Positions 51,255-63,705 of a stretch of DNA of 64,000 nt are shown one piece after another. Positions within the stretch are counted from its first letter, which is position 1. Each line of letters begins with the position of its first letter. A program made the translations under genes and the position numbers. Source of the stretch: Anthoceros angustus. Lineage: Eukaryota > Plantae > Anthocerotophyta. Below the pieces are notes generated by a model. The model was given only the letters and a program-made list of their open reading frames with translations, was not told the DNA's origin and made no database searches. The stretch spans positions 806,001 to 870,000 of the forward strand of contig VJWM01000118.1 in the NCBI GenBank assembly GCA_010909165.1. Reading direction: 5' to 3'.

Positions 51255-54200
51255 ATGGGAGGGGGTTCGACTGGCTGGCAGCAGCCAGAACAAGGCTTGC
51301 CCGTTTACGACCAGCCAGGCATGGCTGTCATCGACGAACCACCTCGATTTCTTTACCCCCTCTCGGGGGGTGACGTTTGCCCGAATGAGGACTTCGTTGA
51401 AGCCTTCGATGATACTATGATTGGGGGTGAGGAGCTCGCTGTAAGTTCTGGAACGGCGGATGTCGTCATGATCCAGCTTGGGGATGCCGCTCGGCGCATC
51501 CTGGAAGAAGAAAGGGCCGTGGATGTTCTCGGCAGCCCTGAGAAGCTACTTACTCATCTGACCAAGGGAGGCAGCTACACAGGAGGTAGCACAGTTGTCC
51601 ACAAGCTCATGCATGTCACCTCTGACAAGCTTGACTTAAGCTTTGTGGAGAAGGTGATCATACCTGCTCATGAGATCCGGAATCTCTGCAATGCTATATC
51701 ACCATCCGCCGCTTCACTTCGTGATGGCAGGAGCCAGTTGGACTTTGAGCTCCTAAACAAGACCGCTATGCATGTGGTTGGTCTGTATGGGAGCAAACGA
51801 GTGCTCATTGACATCTTCAGTAGGCTGGGCTTCTCTTGCGTTGTTACTCTGTTGAAGGCAGAACAGCTGGAAGCTGGTATCTATGGCTTCCAAAACGAAA
51901 AGATTTTTTACGTATTTTACTGGCATCTTGGGCAGCGAATGGACGAGGCTTCGAGAAAGAATGTTTCTTGTAATTTCATTCGCTATGTTATGGACCTAAC
52001 TGGAACAATTTATCTTTGTCTGGATGGCAAGGATATGGAGGCCTCCTTAGAGACTGGCGGCCATTCAGGCGCTGCTACAAGAAAGCAACGAACTCAGAGG
52101 CTCCAAATTTCTGTGATAAAGAAGTCGGAGAACGACTTGAATATGAGTAAAGGGTTTCACATAAATCCTTCCAACGTACTCGGTGACGGATGGTTGCCGG
52201 GGGCACAGACTGTAGGCAGAATTGATTTGAGGCCCAGGCTTTCTAGTTCTCTTCACCGTTGTGCCGTTGTCACAGCAACACGTTGCCTTCCTCGTGCCGT
52301 CCACCACGAGCAGTCTAAAAGACTGGGGTGAAGAACTCAGAGCTAGTCCGGGGATGGTCAAGCAAGTATAATGTTGATGTGATGCAGTTATCCGATGCAC
52401 ACTTGATTCACTTAGTGGAATATGGTGATCTGGAAGGAAGTAATGGCTATAGGTCATTGATAGAAGATGTCAACCTCAAAAGAGAAGCTCACCGACAGAA
52501 GTTCTGGAAGATGGAAGAGTTGTTAACAACAGAGGAAGGCAAAGTTCTAAGCATTTTCGAAAGAGCTCAGCAGGCCTATCTCGAACTGTCTCATCCTTGG
52601 GAGGAGTCGTTTCTTAGAAACACTGCTTCATCCTCCCCAGTCGACCAAGGGCAGAAGTGTACCCCAGGTACTGCAGAACAAGGTGAGTCGCAAAGCACCT
52701 CCAGCAAAGCGTCTCCAGACAGCCAGCTGCTCGACGCACACATTGCGTTGTCCGAACTGTGGACCAGAGAAAGTGGCACCCCAGGTTCGGCTCCTGCATC
52801 GTTGATCCTTGTTGGTTCTAAAATCAGTATACATCTACAAAACCGCAACGTTATGACAATCGGAGGCGTGATGGAGTTTGAGATTGGAAGTCCCAACTCA
52901 AAACACGGCCCTATACTGTATGGGGAGGAGTTTGCACTCAAAGGCTCCAGTGCATCCATTTCAGGAGTGTTTATTGCGTATTCTGTGGATGGCGTTTGCC
53001 CGACCGGGCCGGTGCTGTCATCCCAATATGTCAGAATCAAAGTCAAGGGTAACACTCCAGTCTCTGCATTTTTTGAGGAAATGCAAAAGACACAGAGGTT
53101 GGAGCTCGTCTTGCGAACGGCCTCACCAAAAGGAATGCATGACTGGATGGCGTCATATGGGACACCGGTATTTCCCAGCCTGGACAAGAGAGTGGTGGAC
53201 CTGGCCTTCGTGATCGGCAATCCGGTTTTCTTTGGTCCGCAAGTTTCTCGGGAGACTCACTCAAATGTCCTCCGCCTCTCCAAGTCCAATGACGCCTTGC
53301 TTCATTTCCAGAAGAACTTTTCCGAAGAGAATCTGCACGCGCTGCTTTCGAAAGCAAAACAAGCCCAACCGGACTATTCTTCTGAACGCAGGCAGGATTA
53401 TCTCCGCAACCTTGACTCATCTCGAAGAGCAGAGCTGATTGCAGTTTGCAGAAAGGTGTATGAAGAAGCCTGCTCGCAGTTCTCGAAGAGAATAACTTGC
53501 ATGGTAAAGAAGTTCTTTACTCCATGATAAAGCAGAGGATGGAACTGGAGAGGATTGTTGGATCTGCTTCACTGGAGACGAATTTTGAGACAGCACGCAC
53601 TGAGTTTCTCAAGGACTTGCGTAGCCGCCTCTCAAGTGGAAAGCTTCCAGATATGCGCACCCTGGCAGTCACAAGTTGCACCTTGCATAGCAAACGGTGG
53701 TACCAGGCTCGTACGCATTCGGGGAACGAGGAAATTGAATTGCATTTCGTCACCGAGGAAGTGGAAAGTGAGCGAGTTTCATGGAGGATGGCTGAGCTGA
53801 CCCCAATGAAGAAAGACCTGGATGCTTTGTTGCAGAAGGAAACGCATCTTGTCGTTCCTGGGTGCTCGACGAATTACAAGCTAATTGACGTGGATCCCAA
53901 GTTTGAGAGACTATCCTTGGTATTTCCTATGAAGTCGGGCGAAGTATTTGTGTTTGTGGAAGACGACAGCCAATCCTCGATCCGACTCTACCTGCTTCCC
54001 AAGCTGGGTCCAGAGATACAAGCCTCAAACCCGATCAAGACGTTCGGGAGAGGCCGGGACATTGTGGCAGTGGATGAAGCAGCGAGGCTTGTAGCTTTCT
54101 ATGACAAGACTCTGTGCAAAATCAGCATCTTCCGATTTGATGAGAGCTTTCGGCATTTTGAATGGGGTGGTGTTGAAATCCTGCTTTCAGATTATGCCGG

Positions 54201-57200
54201 CAGCAGGACGTTAAGGTCCATGATGTTCATACCTGGGAAGCGAGAGATTCTTCTGGTTGACAGCGACCTTAAAGTGCGCGCATGTGAGATAAGCCAGCCA
54301 GCGATGATGAGGCCGAGACACATTTTGCTGCCAGGTCCCGACCACAAGATGTGTATTAGCCCGGATGGGTCGTGCCTCCTTGTGTTCTATAGCTCAGGCT
54401 AGTCCTTCCAGTGCTGGGAAGGAGGACGTGCTGGATGATTGCGAGATTGAATGTGAAAGTGACAGTCAGGAAGCTAGGAGTGCAATGACGACAAGGTGCT
54501 GAAGCTTGACGTCTATCTCCTTGATGGGACGATGTCTCTTTTGAAGACGTTGAAGGTGAGCGACATCTCCGGTGATGTTCAAAGTATTGATGTGAGTACA
54601 GTCGCATTTGGGTCGCAGAGTCATCTGGTCCTTATCGACACATTACGACCGGACAGAGGGATCTGTTCACAGCGCCTGGACGTGACGTCGGCCTCTGAGG
54701 TCTGCCAGCTCCAGGCGCTGAGCAAAACTGGTAACAAAGACGACGTTGGAAGTAAGACCGAGGTGCAGAAGAATGTAAGCTGTCCATCTTTGGAGTATGT
54801 GCACCATGCCTTTGACAAGTACGCTGTCAGTCCTCCATTGATCTCTGGAGAAAGGGAACTTTGTGTACATGTTGTCTTGGAGGGCGAGCCGCAACCGAAG
54901 GCGGTCCAGTTCAAAGAAATGAGCACTCGCTACCTTGAGTCCTGTATCGAGAAGCTTAAACGCGACAAGGGGAAGAGCTTCTCCAATTTGAGTGTATCAT
55001 TCGCATCAGACTTTGTAGGCAAGTACATTTTCAAGCAGACCCTTCTTGGGACCAGGAGCCGAGGAACTGTGTCTCTATGGGAGATTGGGTGCGCCTTCTG
55101 GTGTCCCTGGTTCCTGTCCAGATAGCTCGAGCAGAGAATAATGGGTTGGAAGCCTCTTATCGACGGCCTGCAAATCTCATCGAACCTGAATTATGCTGAC
55201 GCAGTGGGACTCGCAGAAGCATTACGGTTTGGTTTCTACGATTCAGTGCTAACACAGTGGAAGGGCCCTATCAAGGTCATATCCTCCATGGGTAAGCAGA
55301 GCAGCGGGAAGTCGTATCTCCTGAACCACCTTAGTGGGTCCTTGCTGGATGTTGCTGGAGGAAGATGCACTGACGGGGTTTGGATGACCATGCGTGCTTC
55401 CAAGAGCTGCCTGTATGTGTTACTGGATTTTGAGGGCTTGGGGAGCTTTGAAAGGAGCGAGCAAGAGGACATGTTGCTCTCCATTCTGAATGCGGCAATG
55501 AGTAACATAACGATTTTCAACAAGAAGGTAACACATTCTGTAGGTCAGAACCCATGAATTCATAGGACTTGCCTTGTGGTTGCAAGACGGAGAACTGACA
55601 CTGCTTAACGTCATGATCGCAGGACTTTCATTTGGACAAGGAAACCGAGTCCGTCTTTGAGCGTTTCCAAAATGGTGTAAGCATTATTAAGGAAGACAGT
55701 CGGCTTTTCAAGGCCTGTTCTACATGGCCATCAAGGATGTGGACACAGCTGATATCGAGGACCTGAAAGCAGAGTTCTATACAAAGATTCAGCAGATATG
55801 CAGCAAGTCCCAGGACAATTTCCTGACGAAGATGTATGGTGGCGTGGTGGAGGTTGCAGCTATGCCTCCATTCCAACGCACTGAGTACCATGACAGTGTG
55901 GCTGATATTGCTGCAGCAGTGGAAGATATAAAGCCTATCCATCACAGCGGGAAAAGTTTCATGGTGGACTTGAAACTTGTCATTGCTCAAATCAGTGCCA
56001 GGGACTGGTCTCCCCTTGACACCAAGCGAATAGCTTTAAGACTGGAGCTTCTGAGGAAGCACTTCATGACAGCCGTTAACCTTGGTAGGCTAGCAAGTGA
56101 CTCTGATAATGTGCTGGTGAATTTCGAGACTCAGGAGCCAGTTGCTGAGTCGGCTTTACTGGTTGAGGGTCGAACCTTCAGCCTTGGTGACACAGGCTTG
56201 GAGCTTTCGCCTCGACAGGAAAGCCAGGTGATGGGCGATGTTCTTGAGAACTTGAGGCAACATTTCCAGAATGGGTACCGGCGGACAGGTGCGGATGACG
56301 AGGTTTGGCATTCAACTTATGAGAAGTTCCTCATGGCACTGGCGGATAGAAGGAAGCAGAGAGTTCTAGACTGGCTCCGTTGGAACACGTCTGAGTTCCA
56401 GGATGATGGAGACGTTCAGAAACTTCTCCTGGAAACGGTTGTTGTCCTGGCAGAACTGAAGCAAAGGCTCTCGGTGTGCAGCAGTAAGTGCAAGATATGT
56501 TTCCTGCGATGTGTTCGGGAGAAATCTCACCCAGCTGGAACGTCGTTCCATTCGTGTTTGGGAGGCCACCGCTGTCAAGAGAGTTGCTCTTTCTGCCTTA
56601 TAGAATGCCCGGAGCAAAAAGGGTTCGCAAACTTTTGCTCGGATCTCAGTGGACACGAAGGTCCACATGCCTGTAAGCAGAAGAGTCATACATGTGGACA
56701 GGATTGCAACTTGCTGCACAGGTCTTCGAATTGCAACGCATCATGCGCATTGAAGCCTGGGCATGCTGGAGACCATATGTGCAACACCAAACAGCACATC
56801 TGTGACCAGGGGTGCTCGCTTTCTGGGTGCAACAACTCATGTGTGATTCCTTTGGATTCAGGGGACCATGACCGTCACATATGTCAGGAGCGAATGTGTC
56901 CAATGGATTGCAAAATGGAGGGCTGTAACAGGAAGTGCGGGTCGGAAGACCATTTTCACTCCCTTCGTTCCAATACACACTTATGCGGAAACGAACACAC
57001 ATGCCCTGGGAAATGCGAGTCCCTTGGGATCTGCCAGATTACGACAGAGGTTGTGAAGGTGTCCAAGACCTTCAGAGGTAAGAGATCAATTTTTGAGTAC
57101 GAGCATGTTTCAGAGCAGAATGGGATCAGGAAAGCGTGTTGCATCGCCATTCCCCCCGGACAGGAAACTCACTCGGGCGATCATTGTCATACCTCAAATC

Positions 57201-58435
57201 CGAATGCAGTTCATTTCTGTGAGACAAAGTGCCCAGCATGTGGTTACTTCTGCAATTTACCTATTGGTCACGCTGGTGTCCACGACACCACGCATGGAAA
57301 CATGCGGGATGTCCATTTCGCAGCAGAGTCCGAGCAGATTGACATTGATGACAGAAAATATGAATGGGGGGAATCTGGAGTTGCAGAAATGTGCAATATG
57401 CATTGTAAAGCTCAGGGAAGAGGGCACATTCACCTGATCCCATGTCTTGCTCATGTAAATCCGAAGGGACCGTGTGCTGAAGGATTATATGATGGAGCAA
57501 GACATCAGACCCAGGAGTATGGTCCAGACAAGGCTGTTGCAAAAGATGAGATGCAGCATGGAGCTTACTGGAAGCGAATGAGGTTCAAGGACCCGTGCAA
57601 CGATGAAGATCAGAAGCAGTTCGAGCTCTGCAATCACTTCTGCGGTTCGGATGATCATGTTCCAGCTGCCACTTCTGTGAAGAATGCCACTCAATCTCGG
57701 TCCTTCTGTACAGAGAAATTGTGGCACACTCCAGTTTCAAGGACTGGATCTTCTTCAACCGCAGGCTATGTGACAGAAGACGGGCATTCCTTCGCTTGCG
57801 ACCATCTGAAGAACACTGCGAACCATGTAGTGTTCGTCATAGACAGATCAGGCTCAATGGGTTCTTCTGACATCACGCCAACCTTGGCGAAGCTCGCCCA
57901 GAGGCTCAACAACCGTCTGGGATGCGTGTATGAAGCCATTGTTCGTTTCATTGTGACTCGCAAGCAAGCAGGACAGCCAGACGTGGTGTCAGTCATCCTC
58001 TTTGACACATCTGGCTCCATTGTGGTGGAACGGCAACCGATATCCGAGCACCTCGTGGACTTGCTGCTGCTTTACAGAGTAGGAGGAGGGACCACTTACT
58101 CAAGCGGACTCACCTTAGCTGAGCAGGTTTTGCAACGGGGCTTGTATGATTCCTCCATGCAAGCCAAGCATCCTGCTGTTGTGTTTCTGAGTGATGGTGG
58201 AAACAACGGAGGCAGCAACCCTCTATCCATCATCACAAAGATGAAGGATATGGACCACAGACTTGTATTCCACACAATTCTCTTCGGAAGAGATCATGTG
58301 GACCAGGACATCCTTCGGAGAATGGCCAAAGCAGGGGACGGAACCTTTCAGGTCAGTATCGACGAAGTGCAGCTGGCCAGGAGCTTTGAAGGGCTGGCCA
58401 GAAGCTTGCGTACCAAGGTGGCATCTCTGATGTAG
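51255..58435 (+). CDS. Very large GBP/atlastin/VLIG-type GTPase with Cys/His-rich repeats and C-terminal VWA domain (~2,360 aa after indel correction)
   Basis: G1 GKQSSGKS (55291-55314), G2 GRCTDGVWM, G3 LDFEGL, G4-like IKDVD. Repeats end in HxGxHxC. VWA has VFVIDRSGSM, GGTTY and FLSDG (57824 onward). One intron at 55528-55622; the six ORFs join via single-base shifts. Confidence 0.85.
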
Positions 58436-59316
58436 TGACAACGTGAAGAGAACCGAGGAAGTGGTCCCAACCTCGTCATCAAATTTTGGTTGAAATCCGG
58501 AGTTGAGCTTAGTTAGCGTAGTTTAGTTTGGGCGTGCAGATGTTGTTTTTTGACTTATGATAATTGACTTAATACCAGTAACTCCGGATACTTTGTTGCG
58601 GTTCTTGCTTCCCTCGCTGTTGGTAAGCGTTGGTAGGCTTCGATTGAGTTGCATTGAAACACAGCACAGATTGCCTTCCCACAGCCCAGAGTGAAACGGA
58701 ACAACAGACAACAGTTCTGGACAGACAGATAGAGATAAGAACAACAGGCTACAGTTCTGGCTGATGATAACAACCGACAACAGTACCTGATGAGAACAAT
58801 GGTGAAGTGATGCCAAACCCTGAAAACCTTGGTCAAGCTTTCCTGTTAGATGGCTCAACCTCGCCCTTACCAGCAGGCTGCTAACATGGCGGGTAGCAGG
58901 ACGAGGGAGGAGGTGACGCTGCCGCTGATGCTGACGCGACGCATATGCGTGCGCGATGGGTACGTGGTTGATGCTGAGGAAGTCCCGTGGAGGCGCTAGT
59001 GCTACCACTGCACTTGTGCGTTTTCAGTCCTCTAACCAGGATTTTCAGTCCTCTAACCAGGATTTTCAGAGAGTTTCCTGTCCTCAATCTGACCCCGGGT
59101 GAGGCATGGGATTATTATCCAAGCTGGGACGTGCGGCTCCGCCGCCACGGACGGCGGCTTCAAGGTTTTGTCATTTCCCACTTTCATGGCAGGTCGGCTG
59201 TGGCCTCTGTTTATTGCTCGGAGGTGATTGGCCTTCGATATTTGGAAGATAAAGAGAGGGCATGGAGCACGACCTGCGGGATTCGGATATATATCGTACA
59301 TACAGGCCTCATCCAC

Positions 59317-59585
59317 GCCTGCGTTCTCAATCCTAAGCAATCAATGCTTCGCGTGTGAAGGCTGGCGTGGCATGCCATCTCGCCCATCACGATGCTCTCT
59401 CATCGTGGTATACTTTAAACGCAACACCATGTACAGGTCCATACATGTGATGTCATGGCCAGATTTTGCCCAAGACGGCACAACCTCAAGATACGCACTC
59501 CACCACAACGAGGTTGTGATGTAAACCAACCATGCTTGATTTTAGAACGCGCGAGAGTATGAATCGAGCGCTGGTGTCTCAAACT
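59317..59585 (+). repeat. Left TIR of MULE
   Basis: Reverse complement of ~63445-63705 (e.g. catcgtggtatactttaaacgcaacaccatg). Confidence 0.9.
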
Positions 59586-60749
59586 AAAGATGTAAGGTGA
59601 GCGATCCGGGAGGACGCGAGGAGGAGGGAGGGCGCGAGGGCGCGAGGACGGGAGGAGGCCAAAAGTAGGAACGGGAGGGAGGAGGCGCTGGGCCACGGGA
59701 GGGAGGGGGGTGGGGAGGCGGAGGCCATGGGAGGTGGGGAGGCGCGGGGGGCCGGGAGGCTGGGAGGCCGGGAGGCGGGCTGGGCGGCTTCTGGGAGGCC
59801 GGGGGGGAGGCCGTGGGCGGGGAGGGGCGTTGGGAGGCGATGTCAGGCCTGAGGGGGGTGGGGGATGTGGCGGGTTGGGACGCTGTTGTCCATGGCTCTT
59901 CGCCACTCAAATTTCGAGTGATGTGTGATCGGCTCCATTCCGGATGGCAAGTTCGGGGTCAAATGCAGTGGGTGATGATCCGAGTATGGCGATAAACATT
60001 GCATCGCTAGTATGTGGGATGCCGCTGGAAGGTGATTTGTCGGAGGAAGTGTTTTTGTAGGTTCATCTTTGTGGGCCCTAGAAATGATGCGTGTAAAGTT
60101 TTGAGGTGCTCAGATAAGTCACAATCGGATGCAGCCCCTGTCACGCCTATCTCGTACTGTGACTCGGTAAACCCGCCGGTTGGAGTCTTGATGTCTGCTC
60201 ACCAAAGTGAGGGAGGACAACTAGCAAAGGCGGGGACATCGTGATGGGACGATTTTGAATCAAGTGTTCGTAGGAAATTGCCATACGAGCCTTCTAGCCA
60301 TACAGAGCCTTCTAACCATACAAGAGCCTTCATTATTGTACTAATTTGTAAAACATCCTAGTAAAGAAGTCCGTGCTATAAAGGTCGAAAACCGAACAAA
60401 TTCCTCGTAACAAATTCTCAGCCCTCGATTGCAAAATTTCTTAGCCCTCGATTGCAAAATTTTTCAGCCTCGATTGCAAAATTCTTCACCCTTAGCCTAA
60501 AGGTGTCACAAAGTAATCACTTTTTCTTCTTCGGTCTTGAGCGTTCTTCAATGCCCTTGAAACGCACTAACCGGTTGGTCCGCTATTCGAACAAACTCCT
60601 CTAATACTGGTCGCTTGAGGCCTCGCCCACCGAGCAACTTCCTAATACGATGTTGTGCTTGTTCCATTATTGCAGACCTCAAACAAAATAGCGAGCTTGG
60701 CTTCCACAATGCTTGGAATACCCATACAGATTGCATCCAAGTCTCGACG

Positions 60750-61379
60750 TCATTTCAGCTTCAACCTCCAAGCTACCGGTTAATTGGAAGATGTGCGACA
60801 AAGATTGCCAGACATTGCCGTTGTATCCTCGAACATGATTATCATGTGATATCTCATTCTCCGTAACAAGATTTAGGTCGTAATGTTCTTCCTTCTTCTT
60901 GTGCCCGAACATAAGATCCATTGGTACACCAAGCAAGGCGCAATAATCGGGAAGTATGTTTAAATATACCACATACATTGCACCTTCACAACATGTTTGC
61001 AAATGAATCCTTTCCGCCCATCCCACAAGTACTAAATGCCCAAGATTTGGCTTCAACTTAAGGCAAAGAAAGCATGGAGAGGCCACCAAGCCGTGAAACC
61101 CAAATGGTCGTGGAAATTAGTGTAGAGAACTTGGAAGTTGCGTAGCACGATATATGTGATTGCGGTTCAAGGACGGCACAATTGGTGGTGGTAGTGAATT
61201 TTGAGTCTTTGAATCCTTCCGATAGAAACTTGCAGACATTTGAAGCCTTCACCGGAAAATGAAATCTTCTACTCTATTCCATGGAATGTAGGCAATCTTC
61301 AAATCCTTCAAAACCCGCCAAGTTAGATTCTGGTAGAACTGACCAAGCCCTCGAAATTGCACCTTCACGGACACTCCAT
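60750..61379 (-). pseudogene. Internally deleted SWIM zinc-finger/MULE-related ORF remnant, copy 1
   Basis: LTWRVLKDLKIAYIPWNRVEDFISGE joined within ~60 codons to a degenerate SWIM motif (xCG..KGFICKH). Confidence 0.7.
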
Positions 61380-62699
61380 GGACGAGCACGCTGCGGCAAT
61401 GCTTAGTTTAGGTTAATGTGTTTGTCTTTGGGTGCTTGGTTTAGGTTAACTGCTTGTCTTTGGGTGCTTGGTTTAGGTTAACTGCTTGTCTTTGGGATGG
61501 TTTGTTTAAGACACCGCCGCTCATACTCGCACGGTTCTAAAATCAAGCATGGTTGGTTTACATCACAACCTCACCACGGTGGGCGGCCTCCCAACCGCCC
61601 GGCCCATCCACGGGAGGCCGTGGGAGGCCTTGGGAGGCGAGGAGGTAGGAGGCCTTGGGAGGCCGGTGGGAGGCCTTGGAGGCATGGGAGGCCTGGCGGC
61701 CTGGGAGGCGGGCAGGGAGAGGCTGGCGGGGAGGCGGGGAGGCCGCGGGCGGTTTTGGGAGGCCGGGCGGGGTGGGGGATGGCGGGTTGGGACGCCGCGG
61801 TTGTCCATGGCTCTTCGCCACTCAAATTACGATGAGTGATGTGATCGGCTCCATTCCGGTGGATGGCAAGTTCGGGGTCAAATGCGAAATGGGTGATGAT
61901 CCGAGTATGGCATGGCAGTAAACATTGCATCGCTAGTATGTGGGATGCCCGCTGAAGCGTGATTGTTGTGCGGGAGGAAGTGTTTTTGTAGGTTCATCTT
62001 GCAGGGGCCCCTAGAAATGATCGAGTAAAAAGCTTGAGGCAGTTCAGATAAGTCACAATGGAGATGCACTTGGCCAGCCCACATTTATCTCGGTACTGTG
62101 ACTCGGTAAACTGCGGCTGGAGTCTTGATGTCTGCTCACCAAAGTGAGGAGGACAACTAGCAAAGGCGGGGACATCGTGGATGGGACGTATTTTTGAATC
62201 GAAGTGTTCGTGTAGGAAATTGCCACATCGGTAGCCTTCTAGCCACACAAGAGTCCTTCTAACCATACAAGAGCCTTCATTATTGTACTAATTTGTAAAA
62301 CATCCTAGTAAAGAAGTCCGAATACAAGGTCGAAGCAGTCGAACAAATTCCTCGTATTCCTCACTCGATTGCAAAATTTCTTAGCCCTCTTGCAAAATTT
62401 TTCAGCCCTCGATTGCAAAATTCTTCAGCCCTTAGCCTAAAGGTGTCACAAAGTAATCACTTTTTCTTCTTCTTGAGCGTTCTTCAATGCCCTTGAAACG
62501 CACTAACCTGGTTGGTCCCGCTATCTGGAACAAACTCCTCTAATACCTTATCGCTTGAGGCCTCGTCCACAAACACACTTCCCTAATACGATGTTGTGCT
62601 TGTTCCATTATTACAGACCTCAAACAAAATAGCGAGCTTGGCTTCCACAATGCTTGGAATACCCATACTGCATTGCATCCAAGTCTCGGCGTCATTTTG

Positions 62700-63325
62700 C
62701 CTTCAACTCCTCCAAGCTACCGGGTTAATTGAAGATGTGCGGCATGAACAGATTGCCGTTGTATCCCCGACATGATTATCATGTGATATCTCATTCTCCG
62801 TAACAAGATTTAGGTCGTAATGTTCTTCCTTCTTCTTGTGCCCGAACATAAGATCCATTGGTACACCAAGCAAGGCGCAATAACTGGAAGTATGTTTAAA
62901 TATACCACATACCAATTGCACCTTCACAACATGTTTGCAAATGAATCCTTTCTCGCCCATCCCACAAGTACTAAATGCCCAAGATTTGGCTTCAACTTAA
63001 GGCAAAGCACATGGACAGAGGCCACCAAGCCGTGAAAACCCAAATGGTCGTGAAATTAGTGTAGAGAACTTGGAAGTTGCAAAGTACACATATATGTGAT
63101 TGCAAAGGTTCAAGGACGGCACAATTGGTGGTGGTAGTGAATTTTGAGTCTTTGAATCCTTCCGATAGAAACTTGCAGCACATTTGAAGCCTTCACCAGA
63201 AATGAAATCTTCTACTCTATTCCATGGAATGTAGGCAATCTTCAAATCCTTCAAAACCTCGCCAAGTTAGATTCTCGGTGCAGAATTGACCAAGCCACAG
63301 AAATTGCACCTTGACACACTCCATG
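62700..63325 (-). pseudogene. SWIM/MULE-related remnant, copy 2
   Basis: KDLKIAYIPWNRVEDFISGE and STCGMGEKGFICKHVVKV; duplicate of copy 1. Confidence 0.7.
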
Positions 63326-63444
63326 GACGGAGACACGCTTAGCGAATGCTTGGTTTAGGTTAATGTGTTTGTCTTTGGGTGCTTGGTTTAGGTTAACTGT
63401 TTGTCTTTGGGTGCTTGGTTTAGGTTAATCTGTTTGTCTTTGGG

Positions 63445-63705
63445 ATGGTTTGTTTAAGACACCCGCCAGCTCATACTCGCGCACTCGGTTCTAAAATCAA
63501 GCATGGTTGGTTTACATCACAACCTCGCTGTGGTGGGTGCGATACTAGGGTTGTGCGTCGGGCAAAATCTGATGACATCCGTATGGACCCAGACATGGTG
63601 TTGCGTTTAAAGTATACCACGATGAGAGCATCGTGATGGGCGAGGCATGGCATGCCACGCCACGCCTTCACGCTGAAGCATTGATTGCCGGATTGAGACG
63701 CAGCC
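63445..63705 (-). repeat. Right TIR of MULE
   Basis: Reverse complement of the left TIR; preceded by three ~33-bp subterminal repeats. Confidence 0.9.

Larger units (their letters stand above)
59317..63705 (-). mobile_element. Non-autonomous Mutator-like element (MULE) with internal tandem duplication
   Basis: Inverted repeats ~59317-59585 and ~63445-63705; 9-bp TSD CTCATCCAC at 59308-59316 and 63706-63714; internal SWIM remnants. Confidence 0.88.

Noticed and set aside
59415-59928. Extensin-like Pro-rich ORFs (also 61549-61930)
   Set aside because: Arise from GGGAGGCC low-complexity tracts inside the MULE.
61401-61496. Telomere-like TTTAGG motifs
   Set aside because: Single motifs within ~33-bp subterminal repeats, not (TTTAGGG)n arrays.
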